Shown: piece by piece, positions 35,561-48,929 of the stretch
How the letters are laid out: the number at the start of each line of letters is the position of its first letter
Numbering within the stretch: the first letter of the stretch is position 1
From: Trypethelium eluteriae
Taxonomy: Eukaryota
DNA length: 64,000 bases
Direction of reading: 5' to 3'
Assembly (NCBI GenBank): GCA_051942245.1
Contig: JAVECL010000001.1
Location: forward strand, 1-64,000
The notes under the pieces: model-generated
What the model was told of the DNA's origin: nothing
What the model saw: only the letters and a program-made list of their open reading frames with translations
Databases searched by the model: none
Program-made: the position numbers and the translations under genes

Positions 35561-38268
35561 GTTGGACACAAAGACAGAATAGAGGAAATGCTCACCCCCT
35601 GCTGTTATTCCTAGCAATGCCAAGGAAAGGCATTACGCTCTTATAGGGCGATAGGCTTTGATGATGAAGATGAGATTTGCAGATTCCCGTCGCGATCTAA
35701 TGCAATTCTTCGTAAACCCCCTCCGGCTAATGCCTGAATCGTTATGTACACGGGCTACTCGCATCTGCATTTCCGTTGCGCCGTCGATCTAGATGTTCCA
35801 TTTCACACCGTAAGATGGCAGCAGCTAAGATTTTTCTATTTACCCGGTACCTGACTAACCGGTGTAAGGCTAAAGTCATTTTTCCGAGTTGGGTATAGCA
35901 GTGATGCATCTTCAGCCATTGAACCTCACTAGTGCATACTCTGTATCTGCCGAAATAATAATGACTCTCAGCATAGTCTTTGCTCCAAAAGCTGGTGTCG
36001 AAAATGATGGTGTTTGTGTAGCATAATCATGATCGCAGGCTGGCTCATTCAATCAATCAACCTGAGAAAAATACCAGCGCAGGGTGTGCTGCGAATTAGA
36101 GCGGAAAAAGGGGGGCATGTAAGTTCGAGGTCGTTGGTAATGGTTGCTCAAGATCCCGTCCCTTCCTTTTGCCGCGTGTTCCTGATTACCGCTACTTGTT
36201 TCAGCCTTTGCAGCCTATGCGACCCTATCCGGTGGCAACTTTGGGCGGAAAGCAACATATCTATGTCCACGGCAGAGATTTAGTAGCTTTGCGGGAGCAA
36301 ACCCGGCTGGTATGGAGCAATGATGGCCACTTCGTGTGCGTAAGATCTCGGACAAGGTTCAATCGAATCTACTTTCCTTGAGGGGTGCCAGGAGGCGAAT
36401 TCCAGTAGAGTACCAGGGAGTCATTTGAAGTTCGCCAGTTGCATTCAAGTCGCCTTAGAAGGTACCTCCCTTGCAATCTTGGATATCTGGACTAGTACCC
36501 AACATATCCACCATATCCATCTCATTCCGGCAAATACTCACAGCGTGATGGCTGGTATAATGGATTTTTTATTTTATGCAAGCAATATCCCAGACTTGAA
36601 CGCCACAATTCCGAGTGACCCGTAGCGAGCATTGCCCAATTCCGACTCTCAACACCATCTTGTCTTCTACACCAGTCTTACAAGATTGTGTTTCAGAAAC
36701 AGCACAAGCTTGAATAAGACATATGATAGTCACCAAGCTCACTCTTCTATTGATGCGAATATTCGGTAATAAATGCATCTATATAGAACAGTCAGAGTAA
36801 GCCCATGGTGACAGGTTTTTGTGTGGTGTAGCTTGTTTCACGAGATGCCCAGCCAGTCCTAGATCTGAGGGCTTTCTCCATTGCAGAAGGCTCATGCTAA
36901 AAATATGTACTCGGTGGAAGCGTGATGGACTGCTGTATCCGAAAGCCGCAACCATGTCCCCTCCATCATCTACCTTCAGGGTAATTGCTAGGCTCCGAAC
37001 TCCCGCGCTTCGTAACACTATGGGCTCGCATCTATGCACTTATTCGCCGGCGACCAGACATCTGAGAGACGAAGAGGAACGGAAGGTAAGAGATATGGAT
37101 TTCCGTCAAACGATGCCAGGGTGAGCTGGGGAGCTCCATGGCGAAATATCGTCCCCACTCCGGGGCAGATCGAAGTTGATATGAGGAGGTATCGAAATGT
37201 CAAAAGTTTCAGGATTTCATGTCATTTCTCACCCGGGCACGTTAGCCCATCCCTTGATCCATAGCTGAAACCAAGAATCATGCAGCTAGCAGGCTCTTTG
37301 GTAAGATATCGCGGGGTCGATACGCGAAAATATCTAGCTTCTCTTGCAAGCGGTTGACAGAAACAATCGCACATTATAACTGGGGGGGGTCGCCTCATCG
37401 AAAGAAAGTAGCATATACTAGCAGAGTCTCCCTATTGCAATCTAGACCGGACGAATGCTGACTCGAGAGGTTGCGCATGGTCGTATCCTATGCAAAATTT
37501 CTATTCACCCATGGATGTCGAAAAAAATATCTTCGTTCGTCTAATAGGATAGGTAGCCACTCAAGTCAAGCTACTCATTGGTAGATTGTGAACTTTTTCC
37601 GATATACCATCAACATCGTCCTCACTTCAAGTTGTCGATTGAAACGCTGCGATTGTGTTAAAAGGTTGCTAAATTGATTCCAGTGACTAAAATTCTGGAT
37701 GCGAACCATGACATTTTCTTCCGACAACCCCAGGTACTTTCGTCGAATAGATCATCTATTAGCGAATTCACGAGACGTCGACTGTCATTGGACCATCGTA
37801 GCTCCTTTGAGACCTCGCCGATCCACCACTGAAAAGGATGGCTACTGTCTTGTGCTTTGCAGAATCGGATGACCTAGATAAATTTTTGTGACCGCTACAT
37901 ATACCATTCTCTTGTAATGGTAACTTCCCGCAATAGCGGTAGGAAGAGAATCGGCGAGATCGTCGTCATCGCGACTGGGCCGACGAATGCGGAGAGGCGG
38001 GGTGACCTCTAGAACGGCGTCATGACCGACCCACAACCACTCCTTGAACCCTGACAAGTAAATTTTGCTGGCCGTCATCCGGAGTACGAAATGCGGGTGA
38101 GATTTCCCGCTCTATCGTGCTGACCATGAAGGAAGTTTAGGTATGCATACCTACCTCATCCTTCCTTAGCAGGACTTCTTTGATATCCGACATTGGCGTT
38201 GAAGTATCAAAATTACACGCTCTGGATGCCATGAGAAGCAAGTGTCAGTAGTGGAAAAGCTCTACACA

Positions 38269-39952
38269 ATGGCAAAGCAATACTTCGGTCTTCGAGGCAA
38301 GGCTCTCAATGCTGCCCTGATTTGGGCGGTCATTCTCCCAGCTTTCCTAAGGTACAGTCCTCCATCGAATATGTGTTAGGAGAAGGAGAGAACGTGAAAT
38401 TAAGATTATGGTATAGCTTCGGCTACTTCAACGCAGCTGCCGGACAGCTCCTGGAACTCAATTCTTGGACCGAAACGTTTCCATCCATCGACGCCTCCAC
38501 CGTTGCCGCCAGTGATCAGACCCACGTATCCATCCTCCAAGGTACTGTTGTCGCGACTTACAATCTCGGTGCACTATTCGGCTCCATGTCGTGTATCTGG
38601 ATTGGTGACCGCTTAGGCCGGATTCGTACCATGACGATTGGCGCTAGTGTCAGTGTCATTGGTATCATTATCCAAGCTTCATCCTTTTCGCTTGCACAGC
38701 TCATCGTAGGCCGCGTGGTCATGGGGCTTGGTCTTGGTATGGTCGCTGCAACAGCGCCGACTTGGCAGTCAGAGTGCAGCACTGCCGAGCATCGAGGCGC
38801 TATCGTCATTCTCGAAAGCGTTTTCATTAGTCTGGGGATCTGTATCGCAGGCTGGCTCGTATTTGGCCTATCTTTCGTCCAAGATAACAGTGTGGCTTGG
38901 CGTTTTCCGCTTGCTATACAGGGTCTTATGATCGGTAGCTTGGCGGTCAGCGCTCCATGGTGGCCGGAATCTCCCCGATGGCTTTTGAGACATGGTAGGG
39001 AACAAGAGGCAAAAGAGGTCATCTCTGCGCTCAGAGACCTGCCGATGGACAGTGAGCAGTTGATCCTCGAGGTAGCAGAGATGGAAGGTGCAGTAGAATT
39101 GCTTGCCAGTGGGCGCTTCAGGGATCTCCTGCACAATGGTAACCAGTGGCTATTCCACAGGACTGTGTTGGCTATCATCGCCGGCAGCTTCCAACAGCTT
39201 TGTGGGATCAATGCGCTTGCACCATACGTTTCTTTAATCTTGAAAGAGTACTTTCATCTCAACGCCACTGATTCGCGGATCGTCGCAGCATGTCTCTTTA
39301 CCTTTCAAACCTTATGCTCGCCAATTGGTGTTTTCACGGTGGACCGGGTTGGTCGAAGAAAGCTGTTCATGTTCGCCTCGATCGGTATGGGAGGTAGCAT
39401 GGCCATCGTCGCAGGTCTGGTTTCACAGACACAAAACGATTCCGCACTTGAAGCCGCAATAGCGTTTATTTACATTTTCTTCGCCTGCTTCCCAATAGGT
39501 GCCCTCGGTGAGTTTGGTGACCCTCAGACAATTAATCTGATAATCTTTGCCTAACAGTATCAAAAATCTTAGGGATCACTTTCTTGTATGGCTCCGAGGT
39601 CGCCCCTCTGAACGCCCGTGTTCCCATTACTGCTATTTCGGTCACTGGTCTGTGGGCCACAAACTTCCTCGTGGCCGAGGTCTCGCCTTTAGGATTCGCA
39701 AATATCCAATATCGCTATTTCATTGTCTGGGCTTGTGTGAATTTGTGCGGGTTCTTGCCCGCATTCTATTTTCTCTTCCCGGAGACGAATGGAAGGCATT
39801 TGGAGCAGATTGATGAGATTTTCTTGAGAAGTAAGAGCATCTTTGACCCCGTCAGAATTGAGAAAAGACTTCCCCGAGGCACGGCTATTGGGCAGGCACT
39901 GCGTTCGGATCTGGAGAAGCAAACGGCGGCGGCAGCGGAGCATAGGGAGTAG
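38269..39952 (+). CDS. MFS sugar transporter (sugar porter family, STL1-like)
   Basis: YFGLRG start, GDRLGR, WQSEC, WRFPLA, PESPRWL, QQLCGIN, VDRVGRR and PETNGRHLEQID. Two introns. Confidence 0.93.
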
Positions 39953-40458
39953 CGATCGAGACTCAATGAAATTGGAACTGGTCAATATTCTGATTTGCAT
40001 GCGTTTGTTAAGCTCCTGACGAGTTTGTGAAGATTGCAGTACGAGAGCTCCGAGAGGTAACCAGCAAGAATTGAAGGGCTATCCAAGAGCTCTCCTGCTC
40101 CTCCGTGCAAGGTCAAAGCTTCCCAACTAGATTCCGGATCATCGCATGAACAGCCACCTTTAATCTCAACAGCATGCTACAGCGGGCCGAGTATTAGTTA
40201 TCTCTCTGGTTGGGAGGCCCATTGAATGACTGTACAAAGCAATTGAAAGAAAAGCACTCGACCCTTCGCTCCTTGTTGAGCAGTATCGGAAGAGAGGCAT
40301 GGAAACGCAGCCCTTCCGCCACCTAACGCGACTTACCTCGTCGCTGGATTCTTCTTGTTGGCGCGTCCTTGGGATGTTCTCTGGCAAATGAACCTTCACG
40401 GATTGTCTTATGCAGGTCAGATAAGCTAATATAGCTCATAAAGCAGAAACAAGATTTT

Positions 40459-42657
40459 TCATGCTCTTCGAGATGCGGCATTGTTGCTAGAGTCGGCGGA
40501 ATCGGTAGGCAATTGTGCCTCTGCATTAGAGGCTGATCTCGATCTGTCAACGCTACGGCGCCCAAAGACCTGCGATCGAGCACGAGAAAATGCTTCTGAA
40601 GCAGAAGCTCCACCTACACGTAGCTTTTCGGCTGTCCAGCCCATCATGGTTTGCTGAGTCTTATCACTAACTTTCTTTTGCATATCGTCAGCTTGTTCTT
40701 CTTCGCTTTTGCCACTTTCGATTTCGGCCTGCTCCCTCTCAGCGTCTTCCTTCTGTTTATCTGCTTCAGCTTCTCGCTCTTCCCTCGCTACCTCTTCTTG
40801 GTCGAGGTCTTCGAAACCAATATCCTTAAGGATACTTCCAGTCAGGAATCGATATCTTGTATGCCCACTGACCTTATCATGGACATCAACATTTTCGATT
40901 CCTTTGATACCGTCGATTTTTTGGAGGCCCGCAACGCCGTACTGGACACTGCTACTGCGATAGATGAAGCCAAGGATGTAGTCGTCGGGATTATAGACGT
41001 TAATGACTCGACCTGAGACAAGACTACGCATTTTTCGCCAGTCCAATGTCGTAGCTGGAGCAGGAGCACCGATGAGGACAACGGATTCAATCAGTCCGAA
41101 GGCCTTGCGTTCAGCCATTACGGTGAGACAGCTGTATATCACACGAGCTCCCAACGAATACCCCACAAGAGTGACAGGTCTTTCACCTTGGGCCTTGTTT
41201 ATCAAAGCGTCGGCAAGGACCTCACCTGCCTTATCAGCCCGTGCCTTTGCCACACTAAAGGGATTATCAAGGACACGAGATACTTTGAGCAGCCCGAGTG
41301 GCCAGAGGCCGGCGGCCAAAGCACCGAAAACAGTATGCTTGATGACCTCTCTCGAGGCAAGACCCCAGGCTGCACTCCTTACCATTGTGGTCATGGCGTT
41401 TCCAAGATTGAGGAGAGCCTCAAGTTCGTATCGCAGAGCAAATGCTTCTTCACCGCGTCCAATCACTCTCCATGGGTCAACGACTTCTTTTTGTTCCGTA
41501 AGCCAGCCACTGATGCCTATGGCAACGCGCAATCGTCTATATTCTTTTTCAATCTTTCGTGGCTTGTGATTTTCGCGCACAGGAACGAAACCGAAGTCTT
41601 CAACCTCTTTCGCGTATTTGTCCATCATTTGTCCAGTCATACGACCACCGTAACCGCCGAATAGGCCACCTACGAGTACTGCGCTGCTGGCCATCGTCCC
41701 GAGATATCCCGCCGCCGCCGTCGCCCCGAGGCCAAGACCTCCCATGACGCTGCCAATACCAGCAGCCAGAAAAGGTGCGGCAAGGCCACCTGTGATTCCG
41801 ATCACAGCGGCTCCGGCGACAGAAGCAAGCCCTACCTTCCATTTCCTTGCAACAGCATTCTCCTCTTGTTTCTTTTTCGTCTCTTCCTCAGCTGACATTT
41901 TATCTGCCGCCGCTAATAGTCCTCTCGCAACCTTACTCTCATCCTCGGCCAAGAAATCAATCGTCAGACCGAGACTGCTGGTCAAATACAGTAGCAATAT
42001 CCTAGAATGTGCTGTGTAGTGTTCCAGACTCAATAATAACAGCAATAGACTGTGAAGTATAAGCGCCTTCTTCTTCTTTTCCAAACGCTTCAGAGGTGTT
42101 TCGATTGGGGGATATAGCTTTTGTAATGCTCGTTGCACTCTTTCTGCATACTGATTTGGTATGGCTTTCCGCGGCGGTAGTTGTGGAGTCCGTTCCTGCT
42201 GACTTGCTTCTTTCCTTTGCTCTGTAGCCTTCTCGCGAGAATTGACCACCTCGCCGACTCGCTGAAGCACAGTATCTCTCCAATCATTGAAGAATTCTAG
42301 TCCGGCTTTCTTCAGATCTTGTATCGAGTCAGAAGCGACTTCTTTTTCCCTTGCAGCTTCTTCTTTGCGTTGCCTATCGTAAGCTTCAACATCGGCATTA
42401 GCGGGGTCGGTGGTCTCAAACGCATCCTTAGCATTGTTTCCAGGTTCATCTGGTTTCGTAGTAGAAATGCCGGTTTTCTTGGGATCAAACGTATCAAGAA
42501 GATTGGTCTGCATAGCCTCGGTAGCATTGGCAATGAGGAGTGTGAGCTCAGAGCGTTCTTCAGGCTCGAGTATGGTAGTCAGAGATTCTTCCTGTTGCTG
42601 GTCTTCATTGCCGCTCTCTTTGTCCTTGGAGTGGGACCATGGAGCTTTTGAGAACAT
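40459..42657 (-). CDS. DUF726 (TMCO4-like) alpha/beta-hydrolase-fold membrane protein
   Basis: 732-aa ORF with VGLASVAGAAVIGITGGLAAP, DNPFSVA..RA.KAG.VLAD and RPVTLVGYSLGARVI. Confidence 0.92.
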   Translation of the reverse strand: MFSKAPWSHSKDKESGNEDQQQEESLTTILEPEERSELTLLIANATEAMQTNLLDTFDPKKTGISTTKPDEPGNNAKDAFETTDPANADVEAYDRQRKEEAAREKEVASDSIQDLKKAGLEFFNDWRDTVLQRVGEVVNSREKATEQRKEASQQERTPQLPPRKAIPNQYAERVQRALQKLYPPIETPLKRLEKKKKALILHSLLLLLLSLEHYTAHSRILLLYLTSSLGLTIDFLAEDESKVARGLLAAADKMSAEEETKKKQEENAVARKWKVGLASVAGAAVIGITGGLAAPFLAAGIGSVMGGLGLGATAAAGYLGTMASSAVLVGGLFGGYGGRMTGQMMDKYAKEVEDFGFVPVRENHKPRKIEKEYRRLRVAIGISGWLTEQKEVVDPWRVIGRGEEAFALRYELEALLNLGNAMTTMVRSAAWGLASREVIKHTVFGALAAGLWPLGLLKVSRVLDNPFSVAKARADKAGEVLADALINKAQGERPVTLVGYSLGARVIYSCLTVMAERKAFGLIESVVLIGAPAPATTLDWRKMRSLVSGRVINVYNPDDYILGFIYRSSSVQYGVAGLQKIDGIKGIENVDVHDKVSGHTRYRFLTGSILKDIGFEDLDQEEVAREEREAEADKQKEDAEREQAEIESGKSEEEQADDMQKKVSDKTQQTMMGWTAEKLRVGGASASEAFSRARSQVFGRRSVDRSRSASNAEAQLPTDSADSSNNAASRRA

Positions 42658-43546
42658 ATTGCAAATGTTCGATCGTGCAATGGTACGTCATGCGATGGAC
42701 GAAAAAGACTTTCACGAATCGGGGGAGATGGAGGGAATCCAAAGAGACTTGAACACGTTCAGAATTCCGTGAACGCCTCAATAAGGTAAGCAAGGTCCCG
42801 CCTCATCCCGGGCGGATGTTTTGCAGGGTTATTATTTACGTGTGAGAGCTGAGGCGGAGTGGCAGCTACTCATCGAGCCATGACATCATCTCACTCACCA
42901 CGCTCATCTTTTCGTTAGAGGATGTTAGAATTCACGATCATAACAAGTGAGATAAACAAAAGCTTGGCTAACTAATTTTACTTCTCATACTTGTCCGGGG
43001 TATCATATCTGGTTAGAAATCTTGGCAATACTGGCATCAAGGGGTGTAATAGGAAGTATCGTAGCTATCGACAGGATATAATACTTTTATGTTCGTTCTA
43101 TCCAGTGAAGAGTCCCCCAGCAAAAGATGGTAGCACACCTCCCTTGACGGAAGCCGACGTTACAACTAAATTTGAGCCTCGGTCATTCAGGAGCATCAAT
43201 GGCACCGCAAATTCAGTAGGTTGAAGTACAGAATAACAGGACAGATTTAGGGAACGATCTCGATCGATTCAGGGAGGATCTCAAGCTAAGGAAGTTAGGT
43301 AGACAAAACATTGACACAACTAGACGTAAGAGGAACGCGATAGTGTTCGTGCCTCCGTGCCTCCTCAGCTTTCATCTCATTCTTTACCAGTGCGGTAACC
43401 CACGCGAGCACTCAAATATATAATGGGTATCCTACGGTTTGTTGGCCAGGGACGCGGCTGTCAATCTTCTCATCGCTCTCTCTTGCACCACCTCATCTTG
43501 TAGAGTACAGAAGCTAAAGCAAGTCTTGCAAAGCTATCTGGTAGTG

Positions 43547-44851
43547 ATGGTGCCAATTGTTTATGCCTCCTTCCTTTCGCTCCTAAATATCGCAGTGCTC
43601 GCTCAAGACAAATCTGTAATTTCGATCCCTTGTCAAAACACTTTCCTTCTCCCGGATGGATTACACCAGCAATATATCTCTCTCTTGGATAAGCAGCACT
43701 CACACCTCCGATGCATCTTTGAACTCTCTGCTCTCCGTCGCCACAAATGCCTCCTTCATTTCTTACTCTCCTACCTTCACCTCGCTTTTAGGTCCTGCCC
43801 CACAATTCAAACTTGTAGCGGCCTGTCCTAATCAAAGCTTTGCATTCGAGGCCGGTCTGTGGGCATCCGATCGTAATGAAGTCTGGTTCACCAGCTCAAG
43901 TACCGTCTATGGAAATCAAACATTCGTATCAGTCCTGAGCTTACAAAACAACACCGTGACAACACCGCGATTCGATCCACCCCTAAAGGGTGTCAATGGT
44001 GGTTATTACTTCAACAAGACGGTGTACTTCACTACCTTTGGTACAGATGCCGGCATCATCAGCATCGATCCTCACACTTTGTCTTGGAAAACTGTATTGA
44101 ACTCGTACTATGGATTGCAGCTCGGTTTTGTTGATGACATTGCTTGGTTGAAACAGGAGGGGGAACGCGTACGCCTTCTTCAGTACCACTGGCAGCGTTG
44201 GTGCGTTGATTGGCGGCGGTCTATCAGACCTGCCCGCCGCAATATGGCGATTTGACGTACTAAGGGGCACCCTCCAACCAGTTATCCCCCAGAGCGATGT
44301 TCAATTCCCGAACGGTGTGCGCGTCAATGCCGAAGGCACAAAACTGTACGTGAGATAGCCCTCCATATTCTTGCAGACATCTGCTCCTCTCCCGCATATA
44401 TTTGACTCCTTTTCCTGCTAGCTACGTCAGCGACACTACCTCTCCGGTACTCGAGGCTGGCCTAACTAAAACCACCTTCTGGGGTTCCCCTTCGATCTAC
44501 GTTTACGACCTCGTTCCATCCACCTCATCCCCTTCCTCTCCGCCAAAACCGGTCAACAAGTCACAGTTCAGTCTCGTCCGCACGGGATTTGCCGACGGCC
44601 TGCATCTGGATGACAGTGGGCGCGTATGGAGTGCAGAAGGTGACGGCATTTGGGTGCGTGCATCGGACGGCGAAGTCCTTGGCGTGTTTGACGCTGCACC
44701 ATTGCTGGCTGGAGAGACCGTTGAGACGGGCGGAGACGTAGCGATTGCAAACTTCGCGCTGGCAGGGGATACATTGGTAGTGTTGGCGCATTCTCGGATT
44801 TGTACATTAAAACTGGCGGAGACAATTGTGAAGGGAGGGAATTTGAGTTGA
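43547..44851 (+). pseudogene. Secreted SMP-30/gluconolactonase-like beta-propeller protein with two apparent +1 frameshifts
   Basis: Signal peptide, FAFEAGLW...NEVWFTSS, VNGG, DDIAW, PNGVRVN..GTKLYVSDT and ADGLHLDDSGRVWSAEGDG. Frame breaks near 43661 and 44163; intron about 44346-44421. Confidence 0.8.
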
Positions 44852-45644
44852 ACCGAACCTTGAAGATACATGGTACATTAATACTTATGAAGCCATTGCC
44901 TACATACACTCTACAGTCTCATACAGATGAAACTTGCATTGTGGTAAGCAGGTGGACCATGAATGCACACTTGAACCTCAAACGAAATTTAGTCTTAGTT
45001 TGCTTCCTGGTCTAGGTAGACGTTCAAGCACGACCTGATTCCCCTAGTCCTAAGGGGATCGCTTTAGTATAAAAATTCCGAGGCTCTCATACCACGAATA
45101 CTGAACCCCTCTTCCAACCACTTTTCCATAATTTGTCTCTTTAGAAAGTTTTCCGGCTCGCCATCTCATTGTGTTATGTCCCCTGATCCTCGAAACATCT
45201 GGAAGAAGCTGCCCGGGAGATGTCTTCCGAGATCATCAACACCAAGCATGAAGCTCTTGGAAGTGCTAGTGACGAGGCGATGCTTTTTCATATGCCTTTG
45301 AACTTCACAATGCATGATTTACATGGACAGCGAGTTCTCCTGTTCTTGGTCTGAGTGGTGCTAATGACAGAAAGGGATTCTGCATTTCGACTGTCGACAG
45401 CCAATCTTAGACTTGTTCTCGGCTTGGTTGGTGGTTCGGAGTAAGTGTATGACGCATTGTTCTGATAGAGTTCACATCCCTATGAAGCCATGGAAAGGTA
45501 TGTGAGGGACCACTGAAGAATGGCTTGGTAAGTATTGAACCGTAAAAGTTGTTAACGCATCTTCGGCATCACCAGGTTTTTTTACTTCTTTCTTTCCTTC
45601 AACCAGCATTTGTCATAATAACGCGGAAGGACGAGGTACGGTTC

Positions 45645-46808
45645 TCAAGTTAGATCCCGTATCCTTGCCAGTGGATTCTGATTAACTCTGCCTGCGGAGT
45701 TCGTATCCACCGGGACTTCATCTCGTTTATTGCTTAAACTTGCCGCTGAAACTAGTGCATCCAGGCCGGCGCCTTGAGCACCCATATTTGGATCTCGGAA
45801 CGGACCCTGCCAGTTTGGTGCGATCAGGTAATCCTCATGGTTCATCGCATTATTAATAATACTGTCCGCATTGTGCCTGATGAAATTTGCATAACTGGGC
45901 TTCGGGGCGACGGAATGCAGTTGTTGAAGATTGCGGATGAATATCCCCTTGAACTGTGCGAAAGCGGCGCCTTCATCTTTGGTACCCTTCTCGAGGAGTA
46001 TACCGTCAGTGTTGGTTAGGTTGCGGATAGCAGCATCGGCGATGGCCTGTGCTTTCGGGAGCAGAGAGGCATCACCAGTAGCTTTGCTTAGCTCCACGAG
46101 TCCGCCGAGGATAACGCCTTGGTTATAAGTGAAGACGTCAGTGTGGTTGCGTGTACAGCCATTCAAATCGATACCGTCAATGACATCACCAAACTCATTG
46201 ATCAGATTTGCATGATCGAACCAGTCCACTTCTTTCATAGCCCAATTCGTGTACGAAGCTTTGTCGTCTCTATTTGGAGTGCGGTTGGCAAGATGGGCAG
46301 CAACGCTGAGGAATAGCTCGTTGGCAATAGAGGCAATGTAGGTTTGGGCGCGGTCCCACCAGATCCCTCCACCGCAAGGAGTTGGCCAGGAAGCGGCCAT
46401 ATCCTTGAAAAGGCTTTCGGCCTCATTCAAATAGATTGCATCTTTGGTGAGGTCGTACATACTGATCCACAGCAGAGCCCACCATCCTTCGTCGTCGTAC
46501 CATGCGTTTTCGAATGTCGCAATTCCTTGGCTTAGAGGGGCTTGTTCGAAGGCGGTATGAATTATCGGCTGTGCAGTTGCTTCAAAGGAAGGATCGATGA
46601 TAGCAAGATCAGCCAGCGCAGTAAGATCATTGGCGCTGTTCCACCATTGATTCTCATAGACACCACTGGTTCGGTCTAAGTAATGATCGTTCATCGAATT
46701 TGCAACTTTGTGCGCAATGGACAAGTAAGTATTATTCGTTGGTGCAGCAGATACGCTCGTTCCTAGAAGACCTGCTAGGAGCAAGAATGTAGTGTGAAAG
46801 AAAAGCAT
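45645..46808 (-). CDS. Glycoside hydrolase family 76 (alpha-1,6-mannanase-like), secreted
   Basis: Signal peptide, WWNSAN, catalytic YDDEGWW, CGGGIWW, IANELF, TYNQGVILGGL and QFKGIFIRNL. Confidence 0.93.
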   Translation of the reverse strand: MLFFHTTFLLLAGLLGTSVSAAPTNNTYLSIAHKVANSMNDHYLDRTSGVYENQWWNSANDLTALADLAIIDPSFEATAQPIIHTAFEQAPLSQGIATFENAWYDDEGWWALLWISMYDLTKDAIYLNEAESLFKDMAASWPTPCGGGIWWDRAQTYIASIANELFLSVAAHLANRTPNRDDKASYTNWAMKEVDWFDHANLINEFGDVIDGIDLNGCTRNHTDVFTYNQGVILGGLVELSKATGDASLLPKAQAIADAAIRNLTNTDGILLEKGTKDEGAAFAQFKGIFIRNLQQLHSVAPKPSYANFIRHNADSIINNAMNHEDYLIAPNWQGPFRDPNMGAQGAGLDALVSAASLSNKRDEVPVDTNSAGRVNQNPLARIRDLT

Positions 46809-48528
46809 GTTTGTTGAATGAATGATGTTGAGCGGGCAACCCAGAGAGTAGGTTTCATCCGAGCATCAACGCGTTGAGAAAAGATACTGGCGATGGACGT
46901 GTAGAGAAATTAGACAAGTCCAAGATGGTCCAGATAGTAAAACAAGACCCTGCCTGTCTAAGAAAGCAATAAAGGTCTTAGTACCTAGAATCGAAGGCTA
47001 AACATATTCTGGGAATAATTCAATGAGTAGGCGCAGCAGAACCGAGGGGAAAGTTTTAAGCCATGGCTAAAGAAAGAAGCCAGAAAGGAGCGAGATTGCT
47101 TGATGGAACTTGTTCTCTCTCTTGTCCACACGCCAGGCTTACCACATCCATTTCTGGGTGGCTGGTGCCAATTGAAAAGGTAGTTCTGGCCTCAATCGAG
47201 ATTGTCGGCCTGACTACGGCGGCCTTAAGTCGTGGAAGGAAGTCGATGAGCATGTTCTCGATCCCTCCCTGACACCTCATGCCTAAATTTGTACCCAGGC
47301 TTGAGGATCGAGGCCCTGTACCTCGTCTCTTACGCGACTGCCAAGGCCGCTGAGATCAGAGAAGAGTTTGGCTGTCCATGTCGGCTGAGGTCCGGGCTCG
47401 TTGTGGTTTGAGGTGGCGGCACCGTTCTCGTTAGATGTCGGAAGCTGATTGGCCCTGCAGATCTGCAGATGTCCGGCGCATGGTGCATGAAGGGGCTACT
47501 AGCCCGGCATGACCGATCGATCAAGCGTCGACTTAATGCTTTGCTACACATTGTGAGGCGCAAGCCGTCTTAACCCTATGTGGCTGACACTTTACGGAGT
47601 AGGATGGAAGCCATCGTGCAACTGCAGAGATGAACTTCGCGGCAAATCAGACCATGAAAGCAGTTGGTTGAGGAAATTACGGAACTTCCCCAACTGGAAT
47701 ATCACGGATACGTCGCTGCTACTGGACATACCCATTAAACTATATGAAGGCAGCTTAGACAGGGCACGACTGCAGCGGCTTCGAGAACAGAGGATACGAA
47801 GTCATATCCTCAACGCACGTATCCGCGGCATTGGTAAAGATCTGAATCTTGATTGCGTATGCCATGTCTTGAAGAAAGAGATAAGAAAGTCTGAGTAATT
47901 CCATACTTAAACATACCTCAAGGTGCACGCCAAAAGAAGCCTGCATATTATCTGATAATCTACATAAACTTTCTATGGTCTGCGAAGCTATTGTATGGTA
48001 CCAGTGGTGTGCATTCGATGGCCAGCATAAATAATTAAGAATATTTTGACCGGTGCTTTTCCCCCAAAAAATAATGGTATGAGGGCGTACTCTTGACATG
48101 CAAAATTTATAAAGACTCTGAACAATTGGTCTAAGCCTAGTCATTCTTGTGCGGATCTTCATGGAGGCCACCAAAGGATATCCTGCCCTAGCCATCGAAT
48201 GCGCCCTGACGGTGTGGATGGATGTTCTTACTACCCATGTATCATATTTCGTTCGATGACCCACAACATGAACCACCCTTGTGTGCGTTCTGCAACGACA
48301 CAAGGAAATTCCAAGCTACTAACTCTTCGCTGGCTGAGATCGAATGGAGACGTGGAGGAAAACGAATCTCTTTTGAGAGCAAATCCACAGCCAACATTTC
48401 CAATGATACATCGGACTCATCATTCTCGCTGGAAGCTGCCCAGGAAGACTTAGCGATAGAACAACCCCCGGAGCCATGATTCCAAGCAAGAACTAAATAA
48501 ATAAAGCATTAGGCAGGTAGGTACCTTA

Positions 48529-48700
48529 CCGCGGTTGGGGGTTTTCTCGACTGGTAATCAATATAATGTCATTCCAACTTTACCGTTATGACCATGTTGG
48601 CCCATGTTAACGGAGCCTTAACATGGGGCCAACATGGCCATAACATTAAAATCGAGGTAATATTGTATTGATTACCAGTTGAGAAACCCCCCAACCGCGG
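48529..48700. mobile_element. Hairpin MITE, TA-flanked, copy 2
   Basis: 172-bp imperfect palindrome CCGCGGTTGGGGGTTTTCTCGACTGGTAATCAAT ... ATTGATTACCAGTTGAGAAACCCCCCAACCGCGG, with TA on both sides. Aligns with 18258-18428. Confidence 0.9.
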
Positions 48701-48929
48701 TATGGTAGAAAAGAGGGAGCGGAGCAAAATGCCGTCGGGCTTTGGGCGGACTTAAGCCAAAAGTCCAGCAGAATGACCAGAATCTTCCGGAGTCGTGAGG
48801 TCCACGTTCGAGACGATTAAAATGCCAAAGGCTTGTTCCAATGACAAACTGAGTGGTTCATATTTTGCCCTGCTCAAACACAACCTTCCCAACCTTGATT
48901 TTTAGAATGAGCTAGCGCCTAAACCCACA

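Noticed and set aside
36014..37264. Short ORFs including a VIARLRTP stretch reminiscent of fungal phosphotransferases
   Set aside because: A single weak motif with no supporting domain.
40651..42772. Long antisense ORFs over the DUF726 gene, and similarly over IES2, GH76 and the transporters
   Set aside because: Shadow ORFs produced by codon bias of the real genes.
47330..48479. Coding-like fragments upstream of MITE copy 2
   Set aside because: Possibly a gene relic, but no family or consistent frame could be assigned.
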